DNA of 64,000 bases, taken from assembly GCA_042219045.1 (NCBI GenBank), contig JBDGQO010000013.1, positions 1-64,000 on the forward strand, written 5' to 3'. Source of the DNA: Candidatus Bipolaricaulia bacterium. Lineage in GTDB: Bacteria > Bipolaricaulota > Bipolaricaulia > RBG-16-55-9. Made by a program: the position numbers and the translations under genes. The notes under the pieces were generated by a model. The model did not search any database and was not told the origin of the DNA. It was given only the letters and a program-made list of their open reading frames with translations. This document shows, one piece after another, positions 29,865 through 39,187 of the stretch. How positions within the stretch are numbered: the stretch's first letter is position 1; every line of letters begins with the position of its first letter.

Positions 29865-30470
29865 GTGCGACGTACGGCGCTGACCTTGCTTTTGGTCGTT
29901 CTGGGGCCGCTGATGTTGACATCCTGCTTCCACGATCCCGTCTCGCTCTCATTCGAGGGCGGCTTTGAAGGCGGCGACTTGAGCGCCTGGCAGACGGGTG
30001 CCGACGTGCCGGAAGATCCGAACAATCCGGGCAATCCGGTCGCCTGGGCGATCGAGGCCAGCTCCGAACGGGCCGAGACTGGCCAACGGTCGGCGCGGTT
30101 CTTCCTGGATGGCCGCCAGGACGACGGGACGATCTGGCTGGCACGTCCGTTCGACGTCCCGCCGAACGCTCAACTGAACGTCTCGCTGAGCTTCCAACTC
30201 TGGAGCCAAACCGCCAGTATGGCCAACGAGATCACGCAGGCCAGCGTCTATGCCGGGCCGAGCGCCCCGCAGGCCGAGTCGGACTTCAACACGGAGCGCC
30301 CCGGCTACCGCGTCGCCGGCTGGGACGCTTACCGCTATCAGCTCGCCGCGCAGAGCGGCTCCGACGGACAGCTCTGGGTCGCCGTCGGGATCAACGTCGT
30401 CTGGGAGACCGAAGTGACCCACTACCTCGACGACGTTCAGATTGAGATGGAGCAGCCGGGCTTATTCTAG
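29865..30470 (+). CDS. Hypothetical lipoprotein, beta-sandwich-like
   Basis: GTG after AAGGGGG; lipobox LTSC; Trp/aromatic-rich, ends YLDDVQIE; no family assigned. Confidence 0.75.
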   Translation: MRRTALTLLLVVLGPLMLTSCFHDPVSLSFEGGFEGGDLSAWQTGADVPEDPNNPGNPVAWAIEASSERAETGQRSARFFLDGRQDDGTIWLARPFDVPPNAQLNVSLSFQLWSQTASMANEITQASVYAGPSAPQAESDFNTERPGYRVAGWDAYRYQLAAQSGSDGQLWVAVGINVVWETEVTHYLDDVQIEMEQPGLF

Positions 30471-30497
30471 TCCGAGCCCGTCCGAGTAGCCAGATCA

Positions 30498-30526
30498 AGC
30501 GGGGCAGGCGGAGCTCCTGCCCCGCT
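30498..30526. terminator. Hairpin between convergent genes
   Basis: AGCGGGGCAGG-7nt-CCTGCCCCGCT perfect 11-bp stem. Confidence 0.6.
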
Positions 30527-30534
30527 GCGCTATA

Positions 30535-31449
30535 TCAAGTAAAGCTGTGCAGGCTCGCAACGAAGTAGTTGATGCCGATCCAGGCGTAGAGCACAACCCC
30601 ATAGGCCGCGACGGACGCCCAGGCCACCTTGATGTCGCGCCAGCCGAAGTGCAGGCGAAGATGGAGGTAGACGGCATACGCAAGCCAGGCGATGAGCATG
30701 GCCGTCTCCTTGGGATCCCATTCCCAGTAGGCGCCCCAGGCCTGCTTGGCCCAGATGCCGCCGAAGACGATTCCGCCGATCCCGTAGAAGGGAAAGCCGA
30801 TCGCATTGGCCTTGTAGCTGAGCTCCTCCAGCTTCTTCAGCGCCTCGGGCGGCTGGCCGCGGAAGCGGCGCCACAAAAGCAGGAGGCTGGCGCCAAAACC
30901 CGTGGTGAACAGCGCGATGCCGATGATCATGAAGATGACGTGGATGACGAGCCAATAGCTCTGCAACGCGGGCACCACGGGCGCCACGGCGCGGGGCGCA
31001 ATCGTCGGCGAGGCCGACAGCGCCAGCATGGTGAAGCTGATGCCGGTCACAATGGCCCCGACGCCGGGAAAGTGGTAACGACGCTCAAAGATGAGATAGG
31101 CCAGCGGGATAAGCCAAGCCATGAACGTCAGCGTTTCATAGGTCGTCGTAATCGGGAGAAAGACGCTGATCGCCCAATCGGAGGCCTGGCCGAGCTCGAT
31201 GGAGCGCAGCACGACGCCGATCGTGCCGAGGCCGACGCCGACCACGGTCAACGTCGTCGCCCATCGGAACCAGCCGAGCGTCCGGGGCAGGGCCGGACTG
31301 GCCGCGATGCCCATGGCCTGCGAGGACCGCTCGGCTGGCCCTGCATTCGGCTCCCGATCGCCCAGCACGGCCCCGAGGAGATAACCGAAAAACGCGAGAA
31401 AGTACGCCGGTGTTGCCAGAAAGAAGAAAAAGGTGCTGTCGAAACTCAT
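30535..31449 (-). CDS. resC: Cytochrome c biogenesis protein CcsA/ResC (system II)
   Basis: WWD domain WAKQAWGAYWEWDPKET, ALQSYWLVIHV, YLHLR, SLHSF. Confidence 0.95.
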   Translation of the reverse strand: MSFDSTFFFFLATPAYFLAFFGYLLGAVLGDREPNAGPAERSSQAMGIAASPALPRTLGWFRWATTLTVVGVGLGTIGVVLRSIELGQASDWAISVFLPITTTYETLTFMAWLIPLAYLIFERRYHFPGVGAIVTGISFTMLALSASPTIAPRAVAPVVPALQSYWLVIHVIFMIIGIALFTTGFGASLLLLWRRFRGQPPEALKKLEELSYKANAIGFPFYGIGGIVFGGIWAKQAWGAYWEWDPKETAMLIAWLAYAVYLHLRLHFGWRDIKVAWASVAAYGVVLYAWIGINYFVASLHSFT

Positions 31450-33098
31450 GACGATCCTCCTTTGGAGACCGTGGCTAGCGCCTCGCCCTCAGATCCAGCG
31501 GGCACGCGCTCCAATTCCTGCTGAATGCGCTCGGTGATGTGGTTGAACTCGGGGGTGAAGTCGCCCTTGCGGCTCCGGCCGCCCACAAGGATCTGGCCCG
31601 TCGCCTCGTCCACGTGCGCCCAGACGGACTGGTGGCTCAACAGGAGATTGCCGACCAGCATGACGACCATCAAGGCGAACGCCGAGTAGGCGATCGGGAC
31701 GCCGGGGTCCCAGCTCATTTCCAATCCCGTAAACTGCGGCGCCTTGAAGCCCTCCAAATAGATCTTGTAGTCGCTGTCCACGGCGTTCTGCATTTGCGGC
31801 ATGCGGGAGAAGGCCCAGGTGCGCAGCACCCGCTTACCCGTCTGCGCGTCGCGCACAATGACGAACGCCGCGGGATTGTTGAGTTTCTGTGTCTTGCTGT
31901 ACGCGACGCCCTGCGAGAGCGCAAAATCAGGCAGGAACGCGTTGAACTCGACCTCAAGGCCCTGGCTGGGAATGCGGAACGTCTCACCGACCGAAGCCTG
32001 GAATTCCCCGATCGATTCCCCTTGGGCGTTCGCGATGCGGAACGTTGCTGTCGCCGCATTCATCCAGTCCTTGCCCATGGCGGTCTGGAACAGGCTGATG
32101 CCGCCGTAGGTGAACGGGTTGTTGACCTCGGTGATGCCGGTTTTGACCTCGTTGCCGTCTTCGTCGATGACGGTCAGCCGCGTCTTCCAGTCCATGACGC
32201 GCTCGGTCCCCCGGTAGTTCTCGCTCCAGAACTTGTCCACGCGGAAATGGAAATCCCGGTTCGGGACTTCGATGACGTCGCCCTTGTGGGCGAGGTTCAT
32301 CTCGTTGTAGCCGAAGAAGTTGGTCACGCCCAGGCCGATGATCGCGACGATGAGGGCCACGTGGAAGACGTCGATGGCGTAGCGCTCCCAACGGCGCCGC
32401 TCCGCCACGATCTGACCGTCCTGCTCGCGCACCTTGTAGCGACGCGCGCGAAGGGCGTTCTTGACATGTTCCCGGATCGTGCCGGGCGGCTGGTCGGCCG
32501 CGTCAATTGTCGTATTGCAGGGCATGTTGTACAGCGCCTCGGGCTTCTTGCGCGCCATGGGTCGCTTGACGTAGTTGCGCGACGCCTGGAGGCGCTTGAC
32601 CGTGCAGGCGGTCATGTTGATCAGGAACAGGCCCAAAATGGCGTAGGTGTACCAGGCCCCGAAGATCTGGAACAGGCCCATCGAATTGAGGACCTCGAAG
32701 TTGTCCGGGCCGTATTGGGCGACCAAGTCGACGCGGCGATTGAAGTCGAGCTGGGGCACCAGCGTCTGGATCAGCCCGATGAGGACCAACAGCGCAATCA
32801 GCGAGACGCCCAGCGGAATCGAGGTGAGCACGCGGGTCAACGTCCGGCCGAGCCCGCGCCGTCGGGCTTCCTGGATCGTGCCGCGCAGCCACTTGAGGAA
32901 CGTCAAGGCCAGGCTGAAGCCTAGCACCAGCCAGAACAGCAACGTCGGCCAGGCGCCGGCGAATGCCACCGTCGGCGGGAAGAAGCCCGGCTCGCTGAGC
33001 GAGACGATCGAGCCAATCGTCCCGATCGCCAGCAGCCCATAGACGGTCCAGCGGGCGGTAAAGACGGCTTCAATATCGCGGGCCATCTGCCGAATCAT
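31446..33098 (-). CDS. resB: Cytochrome c biogenesis protein ResB/Ccs1
   Basis: ATG 33098 overlaps resA stop; TLVPQ, INMTACTVKR, VFHVALI, EVNNPF, FTGLEMSWDPGVPI. Confidence 0.92.
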   Translation of the reverse strand: MIRQMARDIEAVFTARWTVYGLLAIGTIGSIVSLSEPGFFPPTVAFAGAWPTLLFWLVLGFSLALTFLKWLRGTIQEARRRGLGRTLTRVLTSIPLGVSLIALLVLIGLIQTLVPQLDFNRRVDLVAQYGPDNFEVLNSMGLFQIFGAWYTYAILGLFLINMTACTVKRLQASRNYVKRPMARKKPEALYNMPCNTTIDAADQPPGTIREHVKNALRARRYKVREQDGQIVAERRRWERYAIDVFHVALIVAIIGLGVTNFFGYNEMNLAHKGDVIEVPNRDFHFRVDKFWSENYRGTERVMDWKTRLTVIDEDGNEVKTGITEVNNPFTYGGISLFQTAMGKDWMNAATATFRIANAQGESIGEFQASVGETFRIPSQGLEVEFNAFLPDFALSQGVAYSKTQKLNNPAAFVIVRDAQTGKRVLRTWAFSRMPQMQNAVDSDYKIYLEGFKAPQFTGLEMSWDPGVPIAYSAFALMVVMLVGNLLLSHQSVWAHVDEATGQILVGGRSRKGDFTPEFNHITERIQQELERVPAGSEGEALATVSKGGSS

Positions 33099-33793
33099 GG
33101 CTTCGGTGGGCTCACCCCATCCAGCACATTCGTTGTCTTCTGGAAGCCCCGCAACATGGTCTTCTCGTCCATGGCGCCGTTCCAGTAGCCCATGATGATG
33201 CCGCGCTCGTCGATCCAGAATGAGGTCGGCAGCGCGGTCAGGCCATACTGCACAAACGCTTCCCCTTGGCGGTCGATCAGGTTGGTATAGGTGATGCCCA
33301 GTCGCTCCAAGAACGACCGGGCCTCGGATATGGAATGGTCCCAGTTGATCCCGACCACGGCGACCCGATCCCCGTACTGCTCGTGGAAGTTCTGTAGAGC
33401 CGGCATTTCGGCCCGGCAGGGCGCGCACCATGTGCCCCAGAAGTTGAGCAGCACGGGCGTGCCGCGGAACTGACGGAGCGAGACCTCGTTGCCCTCGAAG
33501 TCGCTCAGCGAGATGTTCGGCGCCCGATAGCCCAACTCGGCCGACGTCTGGTCGGGGCGCACTTGAGCCTGTTCATCCAGGAACTCACCGTTGCTGCCGC
33601 GCGCGACCATCTGGCTCGTATCGACCTCGGCGATTTCCGGCGTCTTGGACCCCGGAGCAAGCCCGAAGTACGCGTACGTCACCAGCGCGAGCACGCCCAC
33701 ACCCGCAAGCGCCGTGGCTGTGATGGCGGCGTACTTCAGCATCCGTAGCTTCCGTGGCTCGGATTCGGCATTGGGCCGTGGCGTTTCAGACAT
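33095..33793 (-). CDS. resA: Membrane-anchored TlpA/ResA thiol-disulfide oxidoreductase
   Basis: N-terminal TM; LNFWGTWCAPCRAEMP; LPTSFWID. Confidence 0.92.
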   Translation of the reverse strand: MSETPRPNAESEPRKLRMLKYAAITATALAGVGVLALVTYAYFGLAPGSKTPEIAEVDTSQMVARGSNGEFLDEQAQVRPDQTSAELGYRAPNISLSDFEGNEVSLRQFRGTPVLLNFWGTWCAPCRAEMPALQNFHEQYGDRVAVVGINWDHSISEARSFLERLGITYTNLIDRQGEAFVQYGLTALPTSFWIDERGIIMGYWNGAMDEKTMLRGFQKTTNVLDGVSPPKP

Positions 33794-33845
33794 GGTGGAA
33801 GTGTATAAATGAGGACCGATTCAGTCCATGATCTGAATCAATCGC

Positions 33846-34055
33846 TCAGTCGGCGGCCTCGGCCTCATAACCGGCCTCTTGGACGGCCCGAATGAGCGCG
33901 TCGGTGGCGACGTCCTGTGCTAGTTCGACGTGGGCCGTGCCGACTTCGAGCGAGACGTCGGCCGACGCCACGCCGTCGACGCCTTGCAGGGCGCTCTGGA
34001 CGTGGGTCACGCAGTGCTCGCAGCTCATGCCGTCAATGCTCAACGTTTTGGTCAT
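33846..34055 (-). CDS. copZ: HMA-domain metallochaperone
   Basis: GMSCEHC, EAGY; RBS GGAGGTGA. Confidence 0.92.
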   Translation of the reverse strand: MTKTLSIDGMSCEHCVTHVQSALQGVDGVASADVSLEVGTAHVELAQDVATDALIRAVQEAGYEAEAAD

Positions 34056-34623
34056 GGCTCATCACCTCCCCGGTTGGTCGGTTGTCGGTTCCGCGATCCG
34101 GCGTCGAGACGCGCGCTTCGGGCTCCCTTTGGCCGCTGAGGCGCAGAATTTGGCGCTCGAGCCAACGGCGTACCCGCGTGGATCGCGATTCGGTCGCGGG
34201 GTCAAACGGGCGGACGAGCACGGTATGGAGCCCGACGCGGGTGGCCCCCAGCACGTCGGTGAATATCTGGTCGCCGACCATGGCGACTTCATTGGGGTCC
34301 ATGCCCAGCGCGCCGAGCATCTCCCAGAAGGCACGTGTACCGGGCTTGCCAGCGTTGAACCGCAGCGGATAACCGCTGAGTTCGACCCGAACGCTCTTGC
34401 GGTCGATCCCCTCGTCATTGCTCAGAAACGCCAGCGCAAACCCGGCCGCTTCCACATCGGCCAACCAGCGCAGGATGCGCTCGTCCCACTCAGTGAACCC
34501 CCAGGGTCCGAGCGTGTTGTCCAGGTCGAAGATCACGCCGCGGATGCCGCGAGCACGGAGCCCGTCGAGGTCGAGCTCGAAGACCGAGCTCAGGTGCTGG
34601 TGGGGCGTCAGACGCGGCATCAT
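34033..34623 (-). CDS. yqeG: YqeG-family HAD IIIA phosphatase
   Basis: IFDLDNTL, LSN, AGKP, MVGDQIFTDVLG. Confidence 0.92.
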   Translation of the reverse strand: MMPRLTPHQHLSSVFELDLDGLRARGIRGVIFDLDNTLGPWGFTEWDERILRWLADVEAAGFALAFLSNDEGIDRKSVRVELSGYPLRFNAGKPGTRAFWEMLGALGMDPNEVAMVGDQIFTDVLGATRVGLHTVLVRPFDPATESRSTRVRRWLERQILRLSGQREPEARVSTPDRGTDNRPTGEVMSHDQNVEH

Positions 34624-34895
34624 GGCAGCGATGTTCGCACCTCGCCGATCGGAATGTGACGGGCGGCGTGGTCGAGAACGCGATGGACGTCATCCCCGAA
34701 GTCGGGCGAGACCAGGATTTTCACATAGCGCTGCCCGTCTGCCATGTGCCAATCCCGACGCACCTGGGCGATCCCGTCATAGGCTTCGATGATCGTCTCC
34801 AAAAAGTAGATGTCACGCGCTGCCATCTCGACGTAAAGCTCAACAGTGTCGCAACTCGCGGGGCCGTGGCTCATGGTCTCCGTATCTGCGAGCAC
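34620..34895 (-). CDS. DUF4911-like small protein
   Basis: DIYFLETIIEAYDGIAQVR resembles the DUF4911 core; start uncertain. Confidence 0.6.
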   Translation of the reverse strand: MLADTETMSHGPASCDTVELYVEMAARDIYFLETIIEAYDGIAQVRRDWHMADGQRYVKILVSPDFGDDVHRVLDHAARHIPIGEVRTSLP

Positions 34896-34931
34896 GGACG
34901 ATCGGGTTCTAACCGCCGGTTGTGGATGTTG

Positions 34932-34979
34932 GGCGCGCGGTATTGGGCGACCGTCACTGTGTCGCCAACACCGCGCGCC
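34932..34979 (-). terminator. Long stem-loop downstream of the PPIase/TPR gene
   Basis: GGCGCGCGGTGTTGGCGAC...GTCGCCCAATACCGCGCGCC on minus strand, about 19 bp, no U-tract. Confidence 0.5.
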
Positions 34980-35076
34980 GGACTGTCACTGTCGATGTCT
35001 TGTGAGGCCACGAACGCCGGTTAACCTCGTCGTGACACCGATACGCGTGCGTCAACCGCTATTGGCTCTCGCCCAT

Positions 35077-38000
35077 TCAGCCATCCTGCCCAGAGCCACT
35101 TGGCGACGTCGAGGACGAGCCGCTGCCTTGACCCTGTTGCGACATCTGCGTCTCCATTTGGCTCTGCAGCTCGGCCACCCGATCAGGGCGATAGTTCGGA
35201 TAATTCTGCTGCAGTGTCTTCAGCGGCTGCTGCGCCTGACTGGCCTGACCCTGTTCGAGATAGAGGCTGGCCAACTGGACGAGCGCATCCTTGCCGTCCT
35301 CGCCGAGCGAGCCCTTGCCGTTGATCGCCCGAGCGGCCTCCAACAGCGACTGATAGATGGAGATCTTGTCGGACGTCGACGGCTTCTGGAGCAGCGCGGA
35401 CTTCAGATGGTTCTTCGCCTGCTCGGGCTGGTTGAGCGCGAGATGGGCTCGGCCCATGCCGTGGTGCGCGCGCCAGTTGTCCGGCGAGCTTTCCAGAATC
35501 TTCCGATACTGCTCCATCGCCTTGCTGTGCTGCTGGGCAGTGCGGTAGAGCTTGGCGAGCCGGAAGCGGGTGTCCTGATCGCTCGGCTTGACCTCGAGGA
35601 TCTTCCGAGCGACCTCGATTTGGGTGGACTGGCTGGCCCGCAGCTCCAGCGCCCGGCGGTACTCGGACAGCGCGTCCTCGGTGTTGCCCTGCGCGCGATA
35701 GGCGTCGCCCAGGTTGATATGGGCGGGCGCGGAGTACTGGCCCGCTGAGCGATCGACGACGCCCTCAAGCGTGGCCACGGCGTCCTCAACCTGGCCGGCC
35801 TGAAGTTGGGCCTCGCCGAGCTGGATCTCCGCCTCCATGGGATTATTGACCCCGGCTTCCAGCGCCGCTTCGTAGGCGCTGATGGCTTTCTCATATGCCT
35901 GCCGATCCATGTGGAGGTCGCCGAGCAGCTTCTGCACCTCACCCAGCCGTCGATCGGAGGAGGAGAGCTGGTCGCGCAAGTTGGTCAACACGTCGCGGGC
36001 CTTGGTGAGCGGCTTCTCCTTGCCCGTCGACTCGGCCTGGTCCAGATAGGTCTTGGCCAGGTCGATGCGAATGTTGCGCCAGGTCGATGAGCCCTGCTCG
36101 GCCAGATCGGCTGCGCTTGAGAGGTGCTCCACGGCCTTGGCGTAGTTGCCCTGTTTGGTGCGAATGTCGGCCGCCAACGTGTGGGCCTCCACGTAGTCCG
36201 GGTTGATCTCAAGCGCCCGGTTGATCTGGGTTAACGCGCGATCAGCCTTGCCGACCGTGTTGTTCAGGAATCGAGCATAGTAATAGTGGAGCTCGGCGTT
36301 CTTCGGCGCGAGCTTGACGATCTTTTGGAACTCGGAGTCGTCGCTCTTGCCGTAGTTGCCGACGCTGGCCAGGAACGCGTCGACCGCGTTCTGCTTCGCC
36401 TGGTCCAGGCGCTTCTGCAACGACTGGCGCTTGTCCTTGGCGGCGTCTTCGCCCAGATTATCGAGCTGGCTCTGCAGGATGTTGGCTTTGTTCTGATACA
36501 GGAGGCTCTGATAATACCCGATGTGCGGATCGTTGGCTCCTGAGGAGCTGGCCTTGTCGTAGGCCGCAATGGCCTGATCGAGGAGGTCCAGCTTCTTGGC
36601 CGTGTCGTCGGTGTTCTTGGCTTTCTCTTCCAGCCGATAGGCTTTGAGGAGCTGTTCCTTGATGACGATGTTCGCGTCGTCCTTCTGTTCCTGGACCCAC
36701 TGATCGAAGCGGCTCTGGCGCTCCTGTTGCTTGTAGGCGTCGGTGACCTGTTGCTTGAGCTTGTCCGTGGTCCTTCGCTTACTGACTTTGATGACGTGGA
36801 AGCCCTTGTCAGTGCGGAAAGGTTTGCTCACTTGGCCAGATTGGAGGTTGAACGCCTTGGCCTTCAGCTTCTTCGGTTGGCTGGCGCCATCCCCAATCCA
36901 GCCGAGTTTTCCGCCGTTGCTGGCCTTATTGCCGTCGGAGTGCTTCTTCGCGAGCGATGCGAAGTTGGCCCCATCGGACTGGAGCTGATTGTACACATTC
37001 TGAATCTGCCGCTCGGCAGACTGCACTTGTTCCTTGGACGGATCCGACGGAAGGCTGATCTGGATCTGTTGCACCTGAACTTCGGGTTGCTTCGGGAAAG
37101 CCCCCTTCTCTCGAGCTGACTTGAGCCATTTCTGGAAGCGTTGGTCCTTCTGACTGGAGACGTAGTCTTTGCGCACCTGATCTCGGACGTCTTGGAAGCT
37201 GCTGGTCCGCCTGCCTTCCAGCTTGATCAAATGGAGGCCGAACTTCGTGCGGACGGGATCGGAGATCTCGCCCTTTTCGAGCTTGAACGCGGCCTTCTGG
37301 AACGGCTTGACCATCTGGCCCTTGCCGAACCAGCCGAGGTCGCCGCCCTTGGAAGCACTGGGCCCATCCGAGTACTGACGTGCCATCTCAGCGAAGTCCG
37401 CCCCTTCTTCCAGACGCTTCTGGATCTGGGCAATCTGCCGCTGGGCGGACTGCACTTGGGCATCGGAGGCGTCCTGGGGCAGCTCAATCAGGATGTGGCG
37501 AGCGTGGATCTCCTCTTTGCCATACTGATCCTTGTTCTTTTCGAAGTACGCTCGCAACTCCTTCTCGGACGGCACGACGGGCTTGACGATCTGCGACTTG
37601 AACTGCTGCGAGTTGCTCTGGACGTACGAAATCAGGTCGGCCGTCGTCGGATTGATCTTGCCGACGACCTGGTCCTGGAGTTTCTGTTGCTTAAGTTGCT
37701 GTCGAGCTTGCTCGCGCAGATAGTTTTTGAACTCCGAGATCGATCCCGTCGAGAGGTTGAACGCCTGCGCGAAGCGCTGGCGAACTTGCGGATTATTTTC
37801 CAGTAACCTCCTCAATCGGTCTTCGGTTACTTTGTTCTGTTTGAGAAAGCGGTCATATTGCTGTTTGAAGCGCTTATCGACCTCGGTCTGCTTCACCGAG
37901 AGCCCACGTTCATCCGCCTTTTGGGAAATGAGCGTGGTTCGGATCAGCTGGTTGGCGGCCTCGTTTCGCAACTGCAGGCGATAGTGGGCGCCACTGGCAC

Positions 38001-38274
38001 CCTTCAGCCGCTGTTCGAAGTTGCCGCCGAACTGCGAGTACAGTCGCTGATAGCGCTGGATGGTCTGCTGGTGTCGCGTTTCCAGCTTGGAGGTGGGTAT
38101 CTCCTCGCCGTTGACGACGATCGCCGGTTGTTGCTGCTCTTGCTGCTGTTGGTTGTTGCTTCCGAAGAATCCCTGCGGACCGCCCGGCGTGAAGAAGAGC
38201 ACGCCGCCGGCCCCGAACCCAATAATGACGACCCAAAGCGTTACGGTGACCCAGAGCTTTTGCCCCTGGTTCAT
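35077..38274 (-). CDS. Membrane-anchored SurA/PpiD-like foldase: SurA-N, two parvulin domains, long TPR array
   Basis: N-terminal TM; VVNGEEI; HARHILI, FAEMARQYSD, GGDLGWF, PVRTKFGLHLIK; second degenerate parvulin; many TPR repeats. Confidence 0.88.
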   Translation of the reverse strand: MNQGQKLWVTVTLWVVIIGFGAGGVLFFTPGGPQGFFGSNNQQQQEQQQPAIVVNGEEIPTSKLETRHQQTIQRYQRLYSQFGGNFEQRLKGASGAHYRLQLRNEAANQLIRTTLISQKADERGLSVKQTEVDKRFKQQYDRFLKQNKVTEDRLRRLLENNPQVRQRFAQAFNLSTGSISEFKNYLREQARQQLKQQKLQDQVVGKINPTTADLISYVQSNSQQFKSQIVKPVVPSEKELRAYFEKNKDQYGKEEIHARHILIELPQDASDAQVQSAQRQIAQIQKRLEEGADFAEMARQYSDGPSASKGGDLGWFGKGQMVKPFQKAAFKLEKGEISDPVRTKFGLHLIKLEGRRTSSFQDVRDQVRKDYVSSQKDQRFQKWLKSAREKGAFPKQPEVQVQQIQISLPSDPSKEQVQSAERQIQNVYNQLQSDGANFASLAKKHSDGNKASNGGKLGWIGDGASQPKKLKAKAFNLQSGQVSKPFRTDKGFHVIKVSKRRTTDKLKQQVTDAYKQQERQSRFDQWVQEQKDDANIVIKEQLLKAYRLEEKAKNTDDTAKKLDLLDQAIAAYDKASSSGANDPHIGYYQSLLYQNKANILQSQLDNLGEDAAKDKRQSLQKRLDQAKQNAVDAFLASVGNYGKSDDSEFQKIVKLAPKNAELHYYYARFLNNTVGKADRALTQINRALEINPDYVEAHTLAADIRTKQGNYAKAVEHLSSAADLAEQGSSTWRNIRIDLAKTYLDQAESTGKEKPLTKARDVLTNLRDQLSSSDRRLGEVQKLLGDLHMDRQAYEKAISAYEAALEAGVNNPMEAEIQLGEAQLQAGQVEDAVATLEGVVDRSAGQYSAPAHINLGDAYRAQGNTEDALSEYRRALELRASQSTQIEVARKILEVKPSDQDTRFRLAKLYRTAQQHSKAMEQYRKILESSPDNWRAHHGMGRAHLALNQPEQAKNHLKSALLQKPSTSDKISIYQSLLEAARAINGKGSLGEDGKDALVQLASLYLEQGQASQAQQPLKTLQQNYPNYRPDRVAELQSQMETQMSQQGQGSGSSSTSPSGSGQDG

Positions 38275-38496
38275 ATGGTCAATCCCTTCCTCTTGATTTT
38301 CGCCTCACGTGCCATCTCCTAAACTATCGCAATGGTAAGGCCGCACGGGAAGTTGGAGATACACGCGGACGGGTTGTCATGACAGTCGGCATCAATCCGG
38401 TACTCGCCTTCGAGCGACCATTAAGCATCGGGCGCCGAACCCCGGCGCCCCGCTCATCCCCGTTGATGGTCGCGTCTTTGCTGGCCTGATGCGAGT

Positions 38497-39102
38497 TTAG
38501 GAGACGTCCCGGTCGGTGTCAAACCCGGAACGCCGGGAACGCCCGAAGAATGACGAGCGCCGCTCGGTCTTGGCCTCCTCGTTGGAATGGCTTTCCGGCT
38601 CGTCCTCCGAGGTCTCGCTTGAGGCCCGCTCCTCAGTCGACTCGGACAGCTCGGAGGCCGGTCGACCAGTGATCGCCTCGGACAGCGATGTTGGTCGAGA
38701 CCTCAGCCCTTCTTCGGCATCCGCTTCTTCGGAGGCTTCGACATCGGGCGCCCAGGCTTCGTCGGCTTCGTCGCGTTCCTCGCGGTAGGCCGGTTCCTCG
38801 CCACCCCCCGAATGGCCATCTTCGTGGGGCCGATGGAGCCGATGGCGCGGCGTGATCGAAAAGCGCAACGCCGTCCGCTGCTCGCCGTCGATCTCGACGT
38901 CGACGAAGCTCGGCATGGAGATCAAATCCACCCCGCTCGAGGCGAGATAGCTGCGCGCAATGGCGATGGCCTTGACGGCTTGGTTGATGGCTTTGGGGCC
39001 GATTCCTTGCAGTTCCGCCTCTCCGGATTCGCGAATGGTGTTGGCAAGCGCGCCAGCCGTGGCAGAGGCGTCGGACTGAGCAGAGACTTTGAGGGTTTCC
39101 AT
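38497..39102 (-). CDS. spoVS: SpoVS-family protein with long acidic C-terminal tail
   Basis: METLKVSAQS...AGALA...GIGPKAINQAVKAIAIARSYL...PSFVDVEIDGEQRTAL; ATG 39102. Confidence 0.9.
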   Translation of the reverse strand: METLKVSAQSDASATAGALANTIRESGEAELQGIGPKAINQAVKAIAIARSYLASSGVDLISMPSFVDVEIDGEQRTALRFSITPRHRLHRPHEDGHSGGGEEPAYREERDEADEAWAPDVEASEEADAEEGLRSRPTSLSEAITGRPASELSESTEERASSETSEDEPESHSNEEAKTERRSSFFGRSRRSGFDTDRDVS

Positions 39103-39139
39103 GGCTCCCTCTCCCCCTCCCTGACGGGTACTGGCATTG

Positions 39140-39168
39140 AGTATAATCGAGGCGTCTCCCACAGACAA
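39140..39168 (-). promoter_or_regulatory. Internal sigma70-type promoter of spoVS
   Basis: TTGTCT, 17 nt, TATACT. Confidence 0.6.
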
Positions 39169-39187
39169 GACCCAACCTTGCCAGCCG

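Noticed and set aside
33099..33431. N-terminal extension of resB
   Set aside because: Overlaps resA in another frame; coupled start at 33098
34033..34623. YqeG as the missing SerB
   Set aside because: HAD IIIA family, 4 kb away in an unrelated operon; no evidence for phosphoserine specificity
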